This document shows, piece after piece, positions 59,837 to 64,000 of a stretch of 64,000 nucleotides of DNA. Every line of letters starts with the position of its first letter. Positions within the stretch are counted from its first letter, which is position 1. The notes under the pieces were generated by a model. The model saw only the letters and a program-made list of their open reading frames with translations, was not told the DNA's origin and made no database searches. Both the position numbers and the translations under genes were made by a program. The DNA is from Amycolatopsis sp. (GTDB taxonomy: Bacteria > Actinomycetota > Actinomycetes > Mycobacteriales > Pseudonocardiaceae): contig DASZUO010000303.1 of the NCBI GenBank assembly GCA_035547575.1, positions 1,183-65,182 of the forward strand, read 5' to 3'.

Positions 59837-60016
59837 TCAGGCGGCGTCGGGGGTGCGGACCTGCGCGCCGATCATGGTCTCCAGCCGCTCGTGGCACCCG
59901 CCGCATCCGGTGCCCGCCTCGCACTGGTCGCCGATTTCCTCGACCGTGCAGGCCCCACCGTCGATGCACCGGTGGACCTCGGCCACCGTCACCGCCGCGC
60001 AGATGCAGGCATACAT
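59837..60016 (-). CDS. bfd: Bacterioferritin-associated [2Fe-2S] ferredoxin
   Basis: MYACICAAVT...AGTGCGGC; lies upstream of bfr. Confidence 0.92.
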   Translation of the reverse strand: MYACICAAVTVAEVHRCIDGGACTVEEIGDQCEAGTGCGGCHERLETMIGAQVRTPDAA

Positions 60017-60037
60017 TCCACACCTCTGGATCATGCT

Positions 60038-60056
60038 TTAGGTAAGGCTATGCTAA
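60038..60056. promoter_or_regulatory. IdeR/DtxR/DmdR iron box
   Basis: TTAGGTAAGGCTATGCTAA, 17/19 match to TWAGGTWAGSCTWACCTWA, 21 bp upstream of bfd. Confidence 0.88.
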
Positions 60057-60087
60057 TGCATCGACGGCGCTCTGAGAAGAGTTCGGG

Positions 60088-60561
60088 CTAAAGGAGATAG
60101 TCGCGGGCGACCGCGCGGTTGTACTTCACCAGCATGGAGCCCAGCGCGCGCAGGTCGTCCTCGTTCCAGCCCTCGAGCAGTTCGGCCGTGCGTTCGCGGC
60201 GGCGCTCCCTGGTGTGGGCCAGCCGCGCCAACCCCTGCGAGGTCGCGCTCACGATGCCGCGGCGCCTGTCCTGGCTGTCCGCCGTGCGTTCCACGAGACC
60301 GTCCGCCCGCAGCGCCATGACCTGCCGGCCGACCGTCGACGGGTCGAGCCCGAGCGCGGCGGCCAGCGTCGCGATGTCCGCAGGTCCGCTCGCCTGCAGA
60401 GTGCGTAACAGCAGGTAGCCGGCCTTGTCGAGCTCGCCGTAGAGACCGCCGCGGCGGCGCAGCAGTTCGAGGTTGCGTGCGACGACCGCCATCTGCACCT
60501 CGATCACCTCGATGGCGTCGACGCTGTCAGCGGCCCACCACTGGCCGCGGCCGGGAGGCAT
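60088..60561 (-). CDS. MarR-family regulator
   Basis: LDKAGYLLL, LGLDPSTVGRQV and DRR motifs; divergent from the FUSC gene. Confidence 0.88.
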   Translation of the reverse strand: MPPGRGQWWAADSVDAIEVIEVQMAVVARNLELLRRRGGLYGELDKAGYLLLRTLQASGPADIATLAAALGLDPSTVGRQVMALRADGLVERTADSQDRRRGIVSATSQGLARLAHTRERRRERTAELLEGWNEDDLRALGSMLVKYNRAVARDYLL

Positions 60562-60585
60562 TTTCTCCCAACCCCCCTGATTTAC

Positions 60586-60598
60586 CGGTATGATACCG
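60586..60598. promoter_or_regulatory. Palindromic operator over the TATGAT -10 element
   Basis: CGGTAT-g-ATACCG in the 61-bp MarR/FUSC intergenic region. Confidence 0.6.
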
Positions 60599-60622
60599 AT
60601 ATCTTAGGCGGAAGAGGTGTGG

Positions 60623-63592
60623 ATGGCCACCGGGCCCCGAGTTTGGCTGCTGCAGGCACGTGACAGATTCATCGCGACGGACCCGGGGCTGACCCGGCTG
60701 AGGCAGGCCGCCACAGCCGCGTTCGCGATGGCCACCGCGCTCGCCGTCGAATACGGTTTCGCCCAGCTGCAGAGCGGCCCGCCGCTGATCCCGATGCTGC
60801 TCGGCGCCGTGCTGGCCCTGATGGGCTCGATGGCGCTGACCGACACCAGCGCGTGGGCCAAGACGAAGACGGCCGCGCCGTTCCCGGTCGCGCTCGGGCT
60901 CGGGCTGCTGCTCGGCGCGACGGTGGCCGCCAACGTCGACCTGATGCTCGGCGTGTTCGTGCTGGTCATGTTCGCGGCGGTGTTCGTGCGCCGGTTCGGG
61001 CCCGCGTTCTTCTTCTACGGCTTCATGTTCTGGATGGGCTATTTCTTCGCGGCGTTCCTGCACGCGAGCGTGTCGATGCTGCCGTGGCTGATCGCCGATG
61101 TCGTCGTCGCGGCCGCCTGGGTCCTGTTGCTGTCGGTCACCGTCCTGCGGACGAATCCGCGGCGCAGGCTCAGCCGGACGTTGCACGCGTTCGGCGCACG
61201 GGTGCGTGCGGTGGCGCGGGAATGCGCGGAACTCGCGGAGATCGGCGAACACCAGGCCGACCGCTGGCAGCGCCGGGTGCGGGCGCGGCAGAACCGGCTG
61301 GCCGAGACGGCGCTGGTGATCGAGGGCTGGTCGGCGGAGCCGGGCGCGTTGCCGCACGGCTGGTCGGCGATCGCGCTCCGGCGTCATCTGGTCGACGCGC
61401 AACTGGCTGTCGAGGAACTCGCGACCGCGGCGAAGGCGCTGGTCGGTGGCGACCGCCGGGTCGCCGCGGCGGCGGCCGCGATCGCCGGGCAGCTGGCGCG
61501 CCGCGAGTACGCGAACGCCGACGCGGCAGCGCGCGCACTGCTGTCCCGGCTGGCACGCGCCGGCGAGCGCGCGGCCGGATCGTGGTGGGCCGCACGGCAT
61601 TTCGGCACTGCGGTGACCGAGTACGTGGCGGTCACGCGGCGGTTCGACCGCGTCCGCACCGGCGGGCCCGACGACGAGTTCGAGCCGGTGGTTGCCCTGG
61701 TGATGGGCGGCATGCTGCCGGGTTCCGGGGCGGTCGCCGGCGACGTGCGCCCCCGTGGCCGGTGGGGTCTGCTCGGAAAGTTCGACCTGACGACGCGGCA
61801 GGCCGTGCAGGTGGCGATCGCGGGCGCGCTGGCCATCCTCGCCGGACGCGAGCTGTCGAGCACGCGCTACTACTGGGCGGTGCTCGCCGCGTTCATCGCG
61901 TTCACCGGCACCGCGACCCGCTCGGAGACCTTCGTCAAGGCGACGAACCGGGTGCTGGGCACGCTGGTCGGGCTCGGCGCCGGGATCGGGCTGGCGCACC
62001 TGACGGCCGGGCACACCGGGTGGATCCTCGTGGTGATCATCGCGAGCATGTTCTGCGGTCTGTACCTGATCCAGGTCGGCTACGCGTACATGATCTTCTT
62101 CGTCACGATCATGGTGTCGCAGCTCTACACCGTGCTCAACGAGTTCTCCAGCGAGCTGCTCGTGCTGCGGCTGGAGGAGACCGCGATCGGCGCGGCGATC
62201 GGCATTCTCGTCGCGCTGACGCTGACCCCGCTCAGCACGCGCGACGTGGTGCGTTCGGTGCAGCGGGACCTGCTGACCGATCTCGCGGCACTGCTCACCA
62301 CCGCGGGCGAACGGCTGCGCGACCGCTCTGCCGGGGACCTCGACACCCTGGCGCGCACGCTGGACGACCGGGTGCGCCAGCTGTACCTCGTCGCCGCGCC
62401 GCTGACCCGCCCGCTGCTGTGGCACAACAGCCCGCGGCTGGCCCGGCACCGGCTCACGCTCTGCTCGTCGTGTGTCCACTATGGACGCCGGCTCGGCGCC
62501 GTGCTGCAGTCCTCGCCGGAAGCGCCGGGGCTGGCCGCGGCGAGCACCGCACTGGCCGGCACCTGCACCGGGCTCGCGGAAATCCTGGCCCCGCCGGGAC
62601 GGCGGCACGAGCCGGCCGAGCAGTTGCCGTGGGAGCCGAAGGTGGCCTTCGGCGCCTATGTGGCACCCAAGGTCACCTTCGGCTCCTTGCTGCGCGAGAA
62701 ACTCGCCGACGCCGACGCCGCGTTGTTCGCCGGGACCGGCGGCGATCATCCCGCGCACCGGCCGCTGATGCACCTGTGGCAGCTGCTGTCCGAACTGGTC
62801 GCGGCGGCGCCCGTGCCGACGCACGCGCCGAAACCCGCCGCGGCGGTCGTCATCGGCGGCACGGTCCGCGACGAGGCCGGCGCGGCGCTCGCCGGTGCGA
62901 CCGTCACCCTCGTCGACACCGCCGGGCGCCAGCTCGGCAAGGCGAACACCGGTGCCGACGGCGGATACCGGCTCGCCACACCGGGATCGGGCACCTATCT
63001 GCTGGTCACGCTGGCGCCGGGGCATGCCGCCGGCGCGTCCCGGATCACGCTCACCGGCCACCCGGTGACCCACGACCTCACCCTGGCCGCGACGATCGCG
63101 ATCGCCGGCACCGTCACGGACGCGGACGGACCGGTGGCCGGCACGAGCATGTCCCTGATCGGAGGCGACGGCGCGGTCGCGGCGTCCGCCCACAGCGACG
63201 CGGCGGGCCGGTTCGCGCTGGGCGGCGTGGCAGCGGGACGCTACAGCCTCGCCGTCTCACGTGCCGGATATCTGCCGGCCGCGCGCACCGTGACCGTGCT
63301 GGACGGCACGACCGGACGCGAGGACGTCAGGCTCGTCCGCGCGGCGCGGCTGACCGGCCGGGCGAGCGCCCGGCCCACCGGATGCCCGGTCTCGTACGCG
63401 CGGATCACGGTGCGGGACGGCCACGGCCGCCTGGTCGCCACCACCGACGCCGACCAGGCGGGCCGCTACAGCATCCCGGGACTGGCACCGGGCCGGTACA
63501 CCGTGACGGCCAGCGGCTTCCCGGCCGTCACGCATCCACTGCGGGCCCGGTGCACGGACCGCGTCACCCTCGACGTCGATCTGCGCCACTGA
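60623..63592 (+). CDS. FUSC-family membrane protein fused to three carboxypeptidase-regulatory-like beta-sandwich domains
   Basis: DPGLxRL N-terminus, two TM bundles, RQAVQV, YYWAVLAAF, RVLGTLVG and RLEETAIG motifs; C-terminal repeats GTVxDxxG...GxYxL...GxY. Confidence 0.85.
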   Translation: MATGPRVWLLQARDRFIATDPGLTRLRQAATAAFAMATALAVEYGFAQLQSGPPLIPMLLGAVLALMGSMALTDTSAWAKTKTAAPFPVALGLGLLLGATVAANVDLMLGVFVLVMFAAVFVRRFGPAFFFYGFMFWMGYFFAAFLHASVSMLPWLIADVVVAAAWVLLLSVTVLRTNPRRRLSRTLHAFGARVRAVARECAELAEIGEHQADRWQRRVRARQNRLAETALVIEGWSAEPGALPHGWSAIALRRHLVDAQLAVEELATAAKALVGGDRRVAAAAAAIAGQLARREYANADAAARALLSRLARAGERAAGSWWAARHFGTAVTEYVAVTRRFDRVRTGGPDDEFEPVVALVMGGMLPGSGAVAGDVRPRGRWGLLGKFDLTTRQAVQVAIAGALAILAGRELSSTRYYWAVLAAFIAFTGTATRSETFVKATNRVLGTLVGLGAGIGLAHLTAGHTGWILVVIIASMFCGLYLIQVGYAYMIFFVTIMVSQLYTVLNEFSSELLVLRLEETAIGAAIGILVALTLTPLSTRDVVRSVQRDLLTDLAALLTTAGERLRDRSAGDLDTLARTLDDRVRQLYLVAAPLTRPLLWHNSPRLARHRLTLCSSCVHYGRRLGAVLQSSPEAPGLAAASTALAGTCTGLAEILAPPGRRHEPAEQLPWEPKVAFGAYVAPKVTFGSLLREKLADADAALFAGTGGDHPAHRPLMHLWQLLSELVAAAPVPTHAPKPAAAVVIGGTVRDEAGAALAGATVTLVDTAGRQLGKANTGADGGYRLATPGSGTYLLVTLAPGHAAGASRITLTGHPVTHDLTLAATIAIAGTVTDADGPVAGTSMSLIGGDGAVAASAHSDAAGRFALGGVAAGRYSLAVSRAGYLPAARTVTVLDGTTGREDVRLVRAARLTGRASARPTGCPVSYARITVRDGHGRLVATTDADQAGRYSIPGLAPGRYTVTASGFPAVTHPLRARCTDRVTLDVDLRH
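62632..62686. repeat. REP-like palindrome inside the FUSC CDS
   Basis: GGAGCCGAAGGTGGCCTTCGGCGCC-tatgt-GGCACCCAAGGTCACCTTCGGCTCC; the arms are 22/25 complementary. Confidence 0.8.
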
Positions 63593-63602
63593 CGGAGCGC
63601 CG

Positions 63603-64000
63603 TTACCGGCCGAGGCCGATCGCCCGTGCGACGAAGTCCAGGATCCGCGCGCGCGCCTGCTCGCGGTTCATGTGCTCGCTGCCCTCGCGGGCCCGGTTGA
63701 GCAGGCTGAATACGAGGTCCTGGATGGCGACGGCGTCATCGACGGGTTCGGTGTGCCGGAACGTTCCGTCGGCCGCGCCCGCTCGCAGGATCCGTTCCAG
63801 TGGCGCGCGCTGGGCGGCCCGCATCTCGTTCAGGGCCTTCGCGAAGCCCACCACCCGGCTGACCTCCGGCGACCCCACGATGAGGCTGCGCCGGAGCAGG
63901 CGTGGCTCGAAAGCAAGGCTCAGGTAGTGCTCGATCCACGTTTCGAGGGCGGCGCGCGGGGAGGTCGCGCAGCGCTCGAGTTTTTCGACTCGTTGCGTCG
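63603..64000 (-). CDS. TetR-family regulator, C-terminal part (5' end outside the window)
   Basis: Frame is open to the window edge: ...PRAALETWIEHYL...LERILRAGAADGTF; typical of a TetR ligand-binding domain. Confidence 0.7.
   Translation of the reverse strand, partial: TQRVEKLERCATSPRAALETWIEHYLSLAFEPRLLRRSLIVGSPEVSRVVGFAKALNEMRAAQRAPLERILRAGAADGTFRHTEPVDDAVAIQDLVFSLLNRAREGSEHMNREQARARILDFVARAIGLGR

Overview
High-GC actinobacterial chromosome segment; gene content (SsgA-family gene, PIM operon, actinomycete-type gvp cluster) suggests Pseudonocardiaceae, probably Amycolatopsis-like (inference). Bases 1-29.9k are mostly the conserved core block thrS-HIT-pgsA-patA-pimA-(EF-G2)-pdxS-pdxT-yebC-ruvCAB-yajC-secDF-apt-relA-ppiB, plus sthA, a class A PBP and an SsgA-like gene. 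A MarR/YceI pair with RosR-type operators interrupts this block. Bases 30-64k are accessory. They hold a 12-kb uncharacterised glycan biosynthesis/remodelling locus (priming transferase, three GT2 genes, Wzx-like flippase, large polytopic protein, GH16 and GH39-like hydrolases), a SigF/SigB-promoter operon (SDR, FAD/Fe-S oxidoreductase, ThDP enzyme, GH15), a 10-gene gas-vesicle operon with the same promoter type facing a BldC-like mini-regulator, bfd-bfr with an IdeR box, and a FUSC transporter fused to three beta-sandwich domains. I found no rRNA, tRNA, CRISPR array or transposase/integrase. The most notable observations are the apparently co-regulated glycan, stress and gas-vesicle island, REP/MIRU-like repeats translated in-frame inside three proteins, and a small RosR-like regulon. 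Many start codons were refined by hand from the ORF track. All product calls rest on motif recognition and synteny, not on database searches.
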